Both the position numbers and the translations under genes were made by a program. A stretch of 63,626 bases of DNA, counting the filler, from an uncultured Methanosarcinales archaeon (GTDB lineage Archaea; Nanobdellota; Nanobdellia; Woesearchaeales; CAYNLP01): the NCBI GenBank assembly GCA_964398115.1. It is 4 parts of 4 records of this genome, joined end to end, with 100 filler letters (N's around TTAATTAATTAA, not from the genome) between each part and the next. Parts side by side here need not be neighbours in the genome. Positions count along the whole stretch, not along the records: positions 17,508 to 34,642 come from CAYNLP010000018.1; 3 more parts are not named here. One strand, written 5' to 3'. Below, one piece after another: positions 19,065 to 28,956 of the stretch (positions within the stretch are counted from its first letter, which is position 1; each line of letters starts with the position of its first letter). The notes below the pieces were generated by a model, which searched no databases, was not told the DNA's origin, and saw nothing but the letters and a program-made list of their open reading frames with translations.

Positions 19065-20096
19065 ATGGAGGGAGTTAAAAGAGGTGAGCTTTCTCTAGAG
19101 GGAGTCGAAGTTGACGACGAACTACAGAGAGGTGTAGATTACTTTCAAGAAAAATTCGCAGAGATGCGTGAAGAAATTAACAAAGTAGTTGTTGGTCAAG
19201 AACACATTATCAACGGCATGATCGAAAGCATGCTATGCAATGGTCACATCCTCGTTGAAGGTGTGCCAGGGATTGGTAAAACATTACTCGTTAGGACCAT
19301 GGCCACTATCACGGGCGGAGACTTCTCCCGTATACAGTTCACACCAGACCTACTCCCTACTGATATTGTTGGGATAACCACTTATGAAGAAGGACGAGGT
19401 TTCTACACAATTAAAGGGCCAATATTCTCTAATTTTGTATTAGCAGATGAGATTAACCGAGCTCCTCCTAAGGTACAGTCTGCATTGCTTGAAAGCATGC
19501 AGGAGAGACAAGCAACTATTGGAAAAGAAACATTCAAACTACCCAGCCCTTTCTTCGTAATGGCCACTCAAAATCCATTGGAACAACTGGGTACTTATAA
19601 ATTGCCAGAAGCACAAGTTGATAGGTTCTTGTTTAAACTTCAAATGACGTATCCAGAATTTGATAATGAAAGGAAGATTTTGAGGAAGAACATCACGTTA
19701 GAAGATTTCGACGATTATCAGGTAACTAATGTTTTGACCCCTCAAGAGATTGTTCAAGCTCAGAAGTTTGTTAAGGACATTTATTTAGATGAAAAAATCG
19801 AGAAATATATCGTTCGTGTCACGGACGCTACGAGGAATCCTTCAAAATATGATGTGGAAAGTGGTCAATACATAGGTTTTGGAGGAAGTCCACGTTCGAG
19901 TATTGGCATGTTCATCGCTAGTAAGGCGCACGCTTTACTAAACGGTCGTCCGTACGTAACCGCTCAGGATGTTAAAGACGTGGCTCCAAGGGTTTTACGG
20001 CATAGGATAATCCTTAACTTTGAAGGTGAAGCTGAAGATATAACCACTGATGACATCGTCGAGGAGATATTGCAGAAAGTCCCTGTCGTCCAGTAA
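19065..20096 (+). CDS. moxR: MoxR family AAA+ ATPase
   Basis: EGVPGIGKT, RIQFTPDLLPTD, DEINRAPPKVQSALLE, ATQNPLE.GTY.LPEAQ.DRF. Confidence 0.95.
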   Translation: MEGVKRGELSLEGVEVDDELQRGVDYFQEKFAEMREEINKVVVGQEHIINGMIESMLCNGHILVEGVPGIGKTLLVRTMATITGGDFSRIQFTPDLLPTDIVGITTYEEGRGFYTIKGPIFSNFVLADEINRAPPKVQSALLESMQERQATIGKETFKLPSPFFVMATQNPLEQLGTYKLPEAQVDRFLFKLQMTYPEFDNERKILRKNITLEDFDDYQVTNVLTPQEIVQAQKFVKDIYLDEKIEKYIVRVTDATRNPSKYDVESGQYIGFGGSPRSSIGMFIASKAHALLNGRPYVTAQDVKDVAPRVLRHRIILNFEGEAEDITTDDIVEEILQKVPVVQ

Positions 20097-20149
20097 TTTC
20101 TTAAATTTTAAATAGTAAAGACGGGGATATAGAGAAAAAGAGGTGTGTC

Positions 20150-21052
20150 ATGCCCGTCGAAGAATTAAGAGTTGATTTAGAGCCGGAAGAACAAAGTCCG
20201 GAGATGCAGGCTAAGAAAAGAGTTCTCAGTAAAGTATTGCAGGGTAATTGGAATACTTTCATTAAGGGGGAGGGTATTGAATTTGCCGGTTTTCGAGAGT
20301 ACACTTTTGAGGATGACGCCAGCCAAATTGATTGGAAGGCTAGTTTGCGTACAGACACGACCTTAGTTAAAGAGTATGAGGAGTACAAGACTTTAAACGT
20401 TTATATCATGCTTGACGTGAGTGATACTATGCTCTTTAGTTCTAGTGAGAAGTTGAAAGCTGAACGAGCTGCTGAACTTGCTTTTTCTATGTGTGATGCT
20501 ATTCAAAAAGCTGGAGATGCAGTTGGTTTTGGAATGTTTAATAATGAATTGATAAACAACATCCCCCCGGGGGTTGGACCGGGATTGACGCCTCGTTTGA
20601 AGAAACTTTTGAAAAATCCTGAAAATTACGGAGGCCCATCTGGATTGAAAGATGTGCTTGCGTATGTTAATGAGTCAGCTCAGCAACCAGCTCTTTTCAT
20701 AGTAATGTCTGATTTTATTGATTTAGAAGAGGGCTGGGAGAGATATTTAACTATGCTTGCTCAGAAGATGGATGTTATGGGTATTATGATTCGTGATCCG
20801 AGAGATGAAACTTTTCCTATCACTGGAGGTCAATTCACGTTAGAACACCCGTCTGAGGATGAAAGTATGTTAATTGATACTAACTCTGTGAGAGAAGAGT
20901 ATGAAAAATTTGTAGAGGAAGAAGAGCAGCGGGTTAGGAATACTTTTAGTAAGAATAATGCAGGGTTAGTGCGTTTAAACACTGGTGAGGACATGTATCA
21001 ACCTTTGCTTGATTTCTTCTATAACAGGATGAGGGTGATGCAGAAGGGTTGA
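20150..21052 (+). CDS. DUF58 domain protein
   Basis: G.GIEFAGFREY...DDASQIDWKAS.R...VKEYEE, DVSDTM. Confidence 0.9.
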   Translation: MPVEELRVDLEPEEQSPEMQAKKRVLSKVLQGNWNTFIKGEGIEFAGFREYTFEDDASQIDWKASLRTDTTLVKEYEEYKTLNVYIMLDVSDTMLFSSSEKLKAERAAELAFSMCDAIQKAGDAVGFGMFNNELINNIPPGVGPGLTPRLKKLLKNPENYGGPSGLKDVLAYVNESAQQPALFIVMSDFIDLEEGWERYLTMLAQKMDVMGIMIRDPRDETFPITGGQFTLEHPSEDESMLIDTNSVREEYEKFVEEEEQRVRNTFSKNNAGLVRLNTGEDMYQPLLDFFYNRMRVMQKG

Positions 21053-21057
21053 AAAAA

Positions 21058-22026
21058 ATGGCAGAGATAAGTTTTTCCAACCCGTTGTACTTGTGGTATT
21101 TGATAGCGGTTCCTCTCTTGATAGCCAGTCATTTCTATTTCTTGCGTTACGCAAAGTTTAGGGGTATGAAATTTGCTAATTTTGAAGCTTTAAAGAGGGT
21201 TACTGGAAAGGATGTTTTTACTAAGAATTATTTAATGCTTGCGTTACGTGTTGTAATATTGACTTCTTTAATCTTAGCTGTTTCTGGAGCTACTTATTGG
21301 TATAAGGGTCAGACGAATCAGAATGACTTTGTCCTAGCTTTGGATGTGAGTGCTTCTATGACCGCGGAGGATGTTAGCCCTACCCGTATTAATCGGAGTA
21401 AGGAAGTAGTTAATCGAATCATTGATCGGATAGAGGAGCAAAATTTGGATAGTAAAGTTGGACTAATATCTTTTTCAGGTAGCGCGTATATCGAGCAGAT
21501 GCCTACAAAGGATTTCCAACAGGTACGTCGTTCTTTAAATGAAATCAGGGTTAGGCAGGAAGGAGGTACTGATATCGCTGGGGCGGTGGTAACAGCCACT
21601 AATATGCTGTTAGGTTTTAACAGAAGCAAATCAATCTTATTAATTTCAGATGGTAGCGCAACTGTTTCTCCTCAAAAAGACAGATCCATGCAGAACGCTT
21701 TAGATTTTGCTAAGCAACAAAAAGTGATAATACATACATTAGGTGTTGGAACTAATACTGGACCTGTCGGTTACCTACCTGAATATTACAACGCAACGTC
21801 TGTTTATAAGGAAGAAACACTTTTAAAACTCGCTAACTCCACTCAAGGAACGTATAATCAGATCAATACTAATGATCAATTGGAATCAGCTTTTGAACAA
21901 ATTTCAGGAGAAACTGAAGAGGCTATGATAAGTATGGATTTAAGTCATATTCTCTTATCAATTGCTTTGCTTCTCATCTTCCTAGAATGGGGATTGGTTA
22001 GTACTAAGTTCAGGAGGTTACCATAG
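21058..22026 (+). CDS. BatA-like VWA domain membrane protein
   Basis: F.NPLYLW N-terminus, MIDAS DVSASM, GGTDI, LISDG, C-terminal TM. Confidence 0.9.
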   Translation: MAEISFSNPLYLWYLIAVPLLIASHFYFLRYAKFRGMKFANFEALKRVTGKDVFTKNYLMLALRVVILTSLILAVSGATYWYKGQTNQNDFVLALDVSASMTAEDVSPTRINRSKEVVNRIIDRIEEQNLDSKVGLISFSGSAYIEQMPTKDFQQVRRSLNEIRVRQEGGTDIAGAVVTATNMLLGFNRSKSILLISDGSATVSPQKDRSMQNALDFAKQQKVIIHTLGVGTNTGPVGYLPEYYNATSVYKEETLLKLANSTQGTYNQINTNDQLESAFEQISGETEEAMISMDLSHILLSIALLLIFLEWGLVSTKFRRLP

Positions 22027-22439
22027 TGGCATGGAAAATATTATTTTCAGTTGTGTTAAGCTTCTTCATAGGTCAAACTATAAAAGCAATCCTTCACTAT
22101 CACCAGTATCATAAGGTTAACTTATGGGTTTTCTTAGAAGATGGTGGTATGCCTTCAGCACATGCAGTTGTAACTTTTTCTTTAACCTCGGCACTTTTTT
22201 ATCAAACAGGAGTTTCCCCATTGTTTGTAACAGCGTTGGTGTTCACACTGGTTATTTTGAATGATACGATGAAAGTTAGTAGAAAACCTGGCATTCAAAG
22301 TGAGCTAATGGCTAAGTTCATCGACGTCCGAGAGATTATTAGGAGGAAACTTACTGAAGGTGTAACGCATACTCCTTTACATGTTTTTTCAGGGATTATA
22401 TTAGGGTTTTTAGTTTCAAGCATGATTTATGCTTTCTAA
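22026..22439 (+). CDS. Divergent PAP2 family protein (DUF212)
   Basis: GGMPSAH and HTPLHVFSG motifs. Confidence 0.85.
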   Translation: MAWKILFSVVLSFFIGQTIKAILHYHQYHKVNLWVFLEDGGMPSAHAVVTFSLTSALFYQTGVSPLFVTALVFTLVILNDTMKVSRKPGIQSELMAKFIDVREIIRRKLTEGVTHTPLHVFSGIILGFLVSSMIYAF

Positions 22440-22500
22440 CAAATTTTTTACTTGTTAAAACAAACGTCTATAAATAAAGAAATCTTTTAACCCTGTTATA

Positions 22501-23814
22501 ATGGTTTTCGACGTAGCTATCGTGGGTGGAGGAATAACTGGTTGTTCTGCACTTTATGTTTTGAGTAAATACACGAATGTAAAAAATGTTGCACTTTTTG
22601 AAAAGCACAGTGACATCGCACAGGGGGTTTCTAACAAGCAAAATAATAGTCAGACTTTACACTTTGGAGATATAGAAACTAACTATACTGTGGAGAAAGC
22701 AGAGAAGGTTAAAGAAGCTGCTGACATGGTTGTGGAATACATCCACGATCATGAGGATGAAAACTTGTATTCTAAAGATCATAAAATGGTTTTAGCGGTT
22801 GGAGAAGAAGAAGTTGAAAGATTGAAGGAAAGATATGAAAATTTTAAGGATTTGTTTCCGAAGTTGAGAATGGTTGGTCGAGAAGGATTGTCTGAGATCG
22901 AACCGAAAGTTGTTGAAGAGCGTGATCCAGAAACTGAACTTCTTGCTTTAGTCACTGAAGATGGTTATCGTATGAATTATGGAAAGCTGGCTAAGAGTTT
23001 TGTCAATCATGGTAAAGAAGTGAATGGAAAAGAGATCGATACTTTTCTTGAGGAAAAAGTAAAGGATATTAGAAGAGAAGGAGATAAATTCGTGATAAAA
23101 TCAGGAGACGAAGAAGTTAAGGCTAGGGCAGTGCTCGTTGCAACAGGTGGTTATAGTTTAGAGTTTGCCTATAATATGGGTTATGGTAAAGAATTTATAA
23201 TTTTGCCAGTAGCGGGTAGTTTCTTCACAGCAGAATCAATGGTTAATGGCAAGGTTTACATGATGCAAGATCCTAAGTTACCTTTTGCTGCGATACATGC
23301 AGATCCTGACGTTGATAATCCTCGTGAGACTAGGTTTGGCCCTGTTTCTAAAGTTTTACCAATGCTAGAGACTGGAAAGTTGGGTTCTATAAAGGATTTC
23401 TTAGATTTGTTTGAATTTAGATGGAGCGCTTTTGCAAGTATTTTCAAAATCTTGTCTGACCAGACTTATCTTAGATACGTTGTTATGCAAGTTCTTTATA
23501 GCATTCCTTTGTTTGGGAAATGGCTTTATCTCAGAGAAGCGCGGAAGATAGTTCCAAGCATTAAATATACTGATTTGACGGTTCGTAATGACTTGGGTGG
23601 TATAAGACCTCAAGTAGTTGATACTGATAAGAGGCAGATGCAAATGGGTGAAGCCAAGATAGTTAAAGATAAAATAATTTTCGACATAACTCCAAGCCCT
23701 GGTGCTTCGGTTTGTTTAAAAAATGCGGAGAAGAACGTGAAGAAAATAATCAACGACTTAGGAAGTAATTTCAGATTTTACTATAGCCAGTTCAATAAAG
23801 ATTTCAAGGAATAA
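22501..23814 (+). CDS. mqo: Malate:quinone oxidoreductase-like FAD oxidoreductase
   Basis: GGGITG, NNSQTLH.GDIETNY, GKVY..Q.PKLPFAA.H.DPD, TRFGP, GGIRPQ, TPSPGAS. Confidence 0.8.
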   Translation: MVFDVAIVGGGITGCSALYVLSKYTNVKNVALFEKHSDIAQGVSNKQNNSQTLHFGDIETNYTVEKAEKVKEAADMVVEYIHDHEDENLYSKDHKMVLAVGEEEVERLKERYENFKDLFPKLRMVGREGLSEIEPKVVEERDPETELLALVTEDGYRMNYGKLAKSFVNHGKEVNGKEIDTFLEEKVKDIRREGDKFVIKSGDEEVKARAVLVATGGYSLEFAYNMGYGKEFIILPVAGSFFTAESMVNGKVYMMQDPKLPFAAIHADPDVDNPRETRFGPVSKVLPMLETGKLGSIKDFLDLFEFRWSAFASIFKILSDQTYLRYVVMQVLYSIPLFGKWLYLREARKIVPSIKYTDLTVRNDLGGIRPQVVDTDKRQMQMGEAKIVKDKIIFDITPSPGASVCLKNAEKNVKKIINDLGSNFRFYYSQFNKDFKE

Positions 23815-23848
23815 ATTTAAAATATCTTATAGTTTTTTGCTTCGTAGT

Positions 23849-24466
23849 ATGAACGTTAATCCAGAGCATTATAGGGTAGCTATTTTTGGTTCTTCTCGCA
23901 TAGAAAAAGAAGATGGTAGGTATGAACAAGTTTATAATTTAGCGAAGAAAGTAGCAAGTGAAGGTTTTGATGTAGTTACGGGCGGCGGTCCGAGTTTGAT
24001 GGATGCAGCGAGTCGTGGACACCATGCTGGCAGGTCTGAAGATGACGATTTACACAGTATTGGTTTAACTATTAACGTGGCTGATGAACGGGAAGGTTAT
24101 CATTTGGATATCAAGGAAGAGTTTGAAAAGTTTAGTGGTCGGCTTGACAGTTTTATGGAATTGAGTGATGTGGTAGTGGTGGCCCCGGGTGGTATTGGGA
24201 CTATGCTTGAATTGTTTTATACTTGGCAGCTTGTACAGGTGAAACAACTTTGTGAAACTCCTATAATATTGATGGGGGAGAGATGGCAGGGTTTGATTGA
24301 GTGGATAGTGAAGGAAATAGTAGAAGAAGATTTGATGGATGAAAAAGACTTAGAATACGTTTTTGTAGTTGATGATGAAGATCAAGCTTTTGAATTGATT
24401 AGGAAGGTAAAAGAAGATTATGACGCTAATGGGCATGTTTGTAAGAATTGGAATAAGTACGATTAA
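23849..24466 (+). CDS. LOG family nucleotide phosphoribohydrolase
   Basis: AIFGSSR, VTGGGPSLMDAA, PGGIGT.LELF. Confidence 0.9.
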   Translation: MNVNPEHYRVAIFGSSRIEKEDGRYEQVYNLAKKVASEGFDVVTGGGPSLMDAASRGHHAGRSEDDDLHSIGLTINVADEREGYHLDIKEEFEKFSGRLDSFMELSDVVVVAPGGIGTMLELFYTWQLVQVKQLCETPIILMGERWQGLIEWIVKEIVEEDLMDEKDLEYVFVVDDEDQAFELIRKVKEDYDANGHVCKNWNKYD

Positions 24467-24682
24467 CTATTGAAGTTCTTTTAATGATTTCTGGATTTGT
24501 GAAAATACTTTGTCTGAGTTATCTAAATTGGTATAGTTGGTTTGATTAGTTTGTTCTTGTTCAGTTGGTTGAGTTTGTTCTTGATTTTCCTCAACAGGGG
24601 TTTTCTCTTGTGGTGTTTGTTGAGATTGACAGCTAGCTAGTAAAAGCAGTGCTATCACTCCTAATATAATAGCTTTTTTCAT
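24467..24682 (-). CDS. Small lipoprotein
   Basis: LLASC lipobox, Q/T-rich. Confidence 0.6.
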   Translation of the reverse strand: MKKAIILGVIALLLLASCQSQQTPQEKTPVEENQEQTQPTEQEQTNQTNYTNLDNSDKVFSQIQKSLKELQ

Positions 24683-25284
24683 GACATCACCTGTTTATAA
24701 TTGGATTTGAAAGTTTTTACTTTACTCTGTATTTGTTGTGGACTTGCGTCCGACATGGTGTCTTGTTTTATTTCTACAATGGTCGCTATAAGTTTTGAAG
24801 CTTGCTCTGTTGAAATTTCCCCGTTTGCTTGTGCTTTTTCAATTCTTTCTTGCAAGTCGTATAGCAATAGAACTACGTAATTTCGTATAGCTTGTGGGTT
24901 TTCCCTAGCTGTTTGTGATATTGATTGTCCTATTCCAGCGTTTTGTTTAAAGCATTTGTCTTTGTTCTTTCCACGCATTTTATAACAATTTTCGCTGTTC
25001 TGGTATAAAGTTATGCATCCTTGCTTTCTTTCAATGTTTTGACAAGCTTCAGGAGTTTCAGGTTCGGGTTTTTCCTTTTCCATACGACATTTTATCCTTG
25101 CTTGGAGCCCTGTCATTTCATCACAATTTTTTGTACTTGGTTGAGTTTGTTGATTTTCTTGTTCAGTTGATTTAGTCTGTTGATTGTCTTGAGAGGTATC
25201 TTGTCCTCCAGTGCTTGAACCTGCCGCTATAACACCGATTGATATTACAAGAAGCCCTATTACTAATAGTGTCATTAGTCTCAT
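24679..25284 (-). CDS. Secreted Cys-containing hypothetical protein
   Basis: Signal peptide, Q/T linker, six Cys. Confidence 0.65.
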   Translation of the reverse strand: MRLMTLLVIGLLVISIGVIAAGSSTGGQDTSQDNQQTKSTEQENQQTQPSTKNCDEMTGLQARIKCRMEKEKPEPETPEACQNIERKQGCITLYQNSENCYKMRGKNKDKCFKQNAGIGQSISQTARENPQAIRNYVVLLLYDLQERIEKAQANGEISTEQASKLIATIVEIKQDTMSDASPQQIQSKVKTFKSNYKQVMS

Positions 25285-25548
25285 ATTTCTTATAAAAGAA
25301 TTCAATATTTAAAAAATTATTTTTCATTCAATGGTTTTTTCTATAGAAATTAGTTATTAGTTTCTTGTTCTTGCTTTAGTTATAGTAGGCATTACTTGTG
25401 CCTCGACCATGTTAATAATAGTAAGTGTGGTGAATAGGAAAGTTTACAAGAGAGTCTTGGGCTATACTTTCTGAAGCTACGGAAGAATTTGTAGAGAATG
25501 CGTTAAAGAGAAGCCCCGAGAGAAGTATGAGTTGAAATTTTAAAGCTC

Positions 25549-25977
25549 TCATTTCCAATCAGGCCTAAAGATTATCAAATTAGTATAACCATGCTTTTTC
25601 TTGTCAATAATTCCTCGGTCTTCAAGTTTGGAGAGTGTTCTTGAAACTTTCACCCTTGACATTCCTGTAAGTGATACAAGCTTTTTCTGCTCTATCTCTC
25701 CTTTATTTACAAGCACTTTCATTATTTTTCTTTCGGAGACGGGCAGCATCGCCATCAGAGATTCTACTTTTTTATCCTCTATCCTCTCTTCGAACAAGTA
25801 AGTTATAACCCCTCCAAGCACGAGTGCAGTTATGGCTATGGAGTAAAGGAAAGCTGGATAGGTAAAGTTTCCTCCAGACATGTGGGTAGAGTGATAAACC
25901 GAAAACCAGGTTATCAGAGCAGCCAGTATCAAGAAGAGGAAACCTGCAAAGATATTGAGCTTTACCTCTCTCTTCAT
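25549..25977 (-). CDS. Membrane-anchored winged-helix transcriptional regulator
   Basis: Two TM helices followed by E..I..VL..KGEIEQKKLV..TGMSRVKVSRTLSKLEDRGII.K..G.TN.I. Confidence 0.8.
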   Translation of the reverse strand: MKREVKLNIFAGFLFLILAALITWFSVYHSTHMSGGNFTYPAFLYSIAITALVLGGVITYLFEERIEDKKVESLMAMLPVSERKIMKVLVNKGEIEQKKLVSLTGMSRVKVSRTLSKLEDRGIIDKKKHGYTNLIIFRPDWK

Positions 25978-26009
25978 ATTTTTTTGAGATATTATATATG
26001 TTAATAAAT

Positions 26010-26603
26010 CTACTGACAGCCATTGTGCTTCTTCCACATCTCGGGATCGTGGCCTTCAGGTATCTCTTCACATGGGTCGCCAGAGTATCCTCGTACCTGG
26101 TTGTATCTTCGTATCTGGTGGGAGGTAAGGACCTCAGAAGTTTCCAGATGGGCTTTCAGGTGAACATATCTGAGCTTTTCGTAGATTTCTGCGCTTTTGT
26201 TGAGGAGTGCTTCCAGTTTTTCCTCATCCATATTTCCTTGGGAGAAGAAATTATCTATCTCCTTTTCGGCAGTGATCATCCGCTTGCCTGTCTGGACTGC
26301 GTCTTGGTGCATCCTCTTATATATGGAGTTTATCTTCTTTTTCTGCTCCTCGCTTAGGTTCAGTTCTTCAGAAGCGTCGAGGACATGTTTTGGTCCTGGA
26401 ATCCCATTAAGTTCTGCTGGTTTTGCCAGTCCGCGGAGAGCAGTCCCGCTCCCTTGTTGGAGCGCTTCTATATCTTCAGGAGGTATAGCTTTTATCATTC
26501 TCCCTTCCTGTCCCACGTAAGGACTCCTTATCCCCTCATCTGCTTGGCTGCTGCATCCTGCCAACACGACGAGTACCGCGATCAGTATATATTTTGATTT
26601 CAT
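26010..26603 (-). CDS. Spy/CpxP-like (heavy-metal sensor-like) lipoprotein
   Basis: LAGC lipobox, SPYVGQE.R.IKA, GLAKPAELNG.PGP.HVL, L.LSEEQ, HLKAHL..LT.HQ..YN..RGY. Confidence 0.75.
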   Translation of the reverse strand: MKSKYILIAVLVVLAGCSSQADEGIRSPYVGQEGRMIKAIPPEDIEALQQGSGTALRGLAKPAELNGIPGPKHVLDASEELNLSEEQKKKINSIYKRMHQDAVQTGKRMITAEKEIDNFFSQGNMDEEKLEALLNKSAEIYEKLRYVHLKAHLETSEVLTSHQIRRYNQVRGYSGDPCEEIPEGHDPEMWKKHNGCQ

Positions 26604-26655
26604 CGTATTGTTTCATAATATGAAATAGCCTAAGTTATTTTCTGAAATGAAAGAA

Positions 26656-26693
26656 AAGCCCCAGGAGGGATAAGAGCTGAAAGCTTAAATCTC
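26656..26693. repeat. 38-bp direct repeat, copy 1
   Basis: AAGCCCCAGGAGGGATAAGAGCTGAAAGCTTAAATCTC; 35/38 identical to 27493-27530. Confidence 0.9.
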
Positions 26694-26697
26694 AGAT

Positions 26698-27072
26698 TTA
26701 AGCGACTGCAACGTTCATCTCGCTTGGTGAAACAAAATCAGGTCGCTTCTTCTCCACATTAATATTGCTGGACTTCTCAGCATTACGAGCCTTAGAAGTA
26801 ATCAATAGCTTCATCCTGATAGATTCTTTATCTACATCAATAGTCAAATTACCTGAAAGATTATTTCTTAGATGATTTTTAGGAATATTAAATACTTTGG
26901 AAGCACTGAGGATTTCCACCCCTATAACTTCATTATCCTTATTCAAATCAAAAATCAAGTCTCCTATCTGGTGAGAAGAATCGTATTCTTTGTCCAATCG
27001 GCGAGCTGAGAAAGTATCAGTTTCGTAATCGTAATCTACTTCCGCAGGGCCCTTATCCTTTTTTTGTTTCAT
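26698..27072 (-). CDS. DUF2283 domain protein (putative antitoxin)
   Basis: VDYDYETD..., DLIFDLNKDNEVIGVEILSASK. Confidence 0.8.
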   Translation of the reverse strand: MKQKKDKGPAEVDYDYETDTFSARRLDKEYDSSHQIGDLIFDLNKDNEVIGVEILSASKVFNIPKNHLRNNLSGNLTIDVDKESIRMKLLITSKARNAEKSSNINVEKKRPDFVSPSEMNVAVA

Positions 27073-27368
27073 CTTTTCCTCCTCTCCGAGTAAGACGGAA
27101 AAACTGTTATAAGCTTTATTTTATCCTCCGACAGGATCTTGATAACCACGTTAAGGTCTTTTCTATCCGTAAAGTAAAACGTTATTTTATATAAACTTTC
27201 TTCTTCATCCTGTTCTTCAACCCCTACAACCTTATTCTCCTGAATAATCTCCAATACTTCTTCTTTATTTAATTCTCTGTTCTCACACTTATCCTTGAAA
27301 TGCTTAGATTCTTTTATGTTTTCCTCGGAAACATCCTTAACAATGTCTAAAACCTCGGTTATTTCCAT
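27069..27368 (-). CDS. DUF4258/RelE-like protein (putative toxin)
   Basis: SKHFKDKCENREL..EEV, L.VVI...IKLITVFP; overlaps the DUF2283 start (ATGA). Confidence 0.65.
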   Translation of the reverse strand: MEITEVLDIVKDVSEENIKESKHFKDKCENRELNKEEVLEIIQENKVVGVEEQDEEESLYKITFYFTDRKDLNVVIKILSEDKIKLITVFPSYSERRKR

Positions 27369-27492
27369 AGTGATTAGGAAAACAGCTCTCCATTTATATT
27401 TTGTCCCAACAGATGTCCAGTGCAAGAAACTTTAGGAATATAGGTTCAAAGCCCACATTTCCGAAACCCCTGATTTGGTCGTCAAGAAAAAT

Positions 27493-27530
27493 AAGCCCCC
27501 GGAGGGATAAGAGCTGAAAGTCTAAATCTC
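27493..27530. repeat. 38-bp direct repeat, copy 2
   Basis: AAGCCCCCGGAGGGATAAGAGCTGAAAGTCTAAATCTC. Confidence 0.9.
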
Positions 27531-27554
27531 TGTTATTAATCCCCGAGATGTTAG

Positions 27555-28700
27555 CTACATTTGTAGAAGCCCTGCAAGCAAATCCCTCATCACTTCAGAA
27601 CTACCAGCTGCAAGTGTAAAAGCCTGCGAATCCTGGTAGAGATGCGAGAGCCAATGATTTTCATTGAATGCCCCTGCTCCATGGAGGTGGGTGCAGTAGT
27701 CAATGACTTCTCTCGCAGTCTCATAAGATGTTATCTTAACCATTATTATCTCTTTGTCTATTGACTTCTCTTTCACATAATCCCTAACTGTATTATAAGC
27801 TAACTGTCTAGACGCTTCAGCTTGGGACCGCAATTCGGCTATTTTATGCCTTATTGCCTGTTTCTTGCTCAGAGAATCTCCAAAACGCTCTCTATCCCTT
27901 AAGAACTCCAGAGTTCTATCAAGGATGTATAGCGATAGAGAATTCAGAGCGACGGCACCTATTAACCTTTCCCGTTGTATCCCTTTAAGAAGATAATAAA
28001 ACCCATTTCCTGGCTTCCCTAACACCATGTCATCCTGTATAACACAGTCTTTGAAAGTTAATTTGCCCGTATCACCTGATTTAAAGCCCGAAGTAGTTAT
28101 CTTTTTCGAAGTCACACCATCCTTTCCGGTATCAACTATGACAAATCCCAAGGACCAAACATCCTTGTTAGAGCGCATTTTGGTAAGGGTTACAACGTAA
28201 TCGGCAATAGATCCGTTAGTTATGTAGTATTTATCTCCTTCAAGAATCTTCTTGCCTTTCCGTTCCCTGAGCTTAGTCTGAACGGAAGCTAAATCAGACC
28301 CACTTCCTTCTTCTGTAGCTCCAAGAGCAAGATAGTATTCTCCCTTGAGCGCAGGCTCAAGTACATTTTTCTTCTGACTTTCGCTTCCCAAAGTTTCTAT
28401 CAAAGGCGCCACCATGTTAGTGTGAGCGATGATTGAGAGAGCCCAACCCAAAGAATGACATTTAGCCAACTCTTCCGCCAAAACTACTTCGTGCCAGAAA
28501 TCTTTTCCTCTGCCACTATACTTCTTAGGAATGGATAAACCCAGAAAGCCTTTATCCGCCATTAGCTTTAGTAGATGGTCGGGAAATTCACTATTATTTT
28601 CCCACTCTAATGAATTAGGCCTAACCTTTTCAGTAACAAAATTGCTGATATCTTCTCTTAAATTCCTGTGCGATTTATTATTAAGTATTTCAGGCCGCAT
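27555..28700 (-). CDS. Acyl-CoA/acyl-ACP dehydrogenase
   Basis: GFLGLSIP..YSG, LGATEEGSGSD, GDKYYITNG, ERL, RERFG..L...QAI.H.IA, HGAG, AGSSEVM. Confidence 0.93.
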   Translation of the reverse strand: MRPEILNNKSHRNLREDISNFVTEKVRPNSLEWENNSEFPDHLLKLMADKGFLGLSIPKKYSGRGKDFWHEVVLAEELAKCHSLGWALSIIAHTNMVAPLIETLGSESQKKNVLEPALKGEYYLALGATEEGSGSDLASVQTKLRERKGKKILEGDKYYITNGSIADYVVTLTKMRSNKDVWSLGFVIVDTGKDGVTSKKITTSGFKSGDTGKLTFKDCVIQDDMVLGKPGNGFYYLLKGIQRERLIGAVALNSLSLYILDRTLEFLRDRERFGDSLSKKQAIRHKIAELRSQAEASRQLAYNTVRDYVKEKSIDKEIIMVKITSYETAREVIDYCTHLHGAGAFNENHWLSHLYQDSQAFTLAAGSSEVMRDLLAGLLQM

Positions 28701-28701
28701 T

Positions 28702-28956
28702 TCAGAAAGCCTCCAAAGACTCTCCTCTTCCAGAATCTTTGTTCTCCTTTACGTATTGTACTAAGTCACTTACGGTTTCAATATCATCCATTTCTTGTGG
28801 ATTTATAGAAGATTCATACTTGTTTCCCAGGACAGCTATAAGCTCTATGATATCCATAGAATCATTTATTATATCATCTAATTTTGTCTTCATAGAAATC
28901 TCATCTTCTCGCAAATATAATACTTCTCTCATGATTTCGATAATTTCATCTTCCAT
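28702..28956 (-). CDS. Acyl carrier protein 1
   Basis: 84 aa, acidic, DSMDIIEL phosphopantetheine site, TVSDLVQYV. Confidence 0.88.
   Translation of the reverse strand: MEDEIIEIMREVLYLREDEISMKTKLDDIINDSMDIIELIAVLGNKYESSINPQEMDDIETVSDLVQYVKENKDSGRGESLEAF

Noticed and set aside
19065..22439. moxR-DUF58-VWA operon as a novel system
   Set aside because: A well-known, widespread gene arrangement.
25330..25545. Possible Zn-finger gene remnant (..KCGE*..ICRECVKEKP..) at the island edge
   Set aside because: Too short and broken to support a call.
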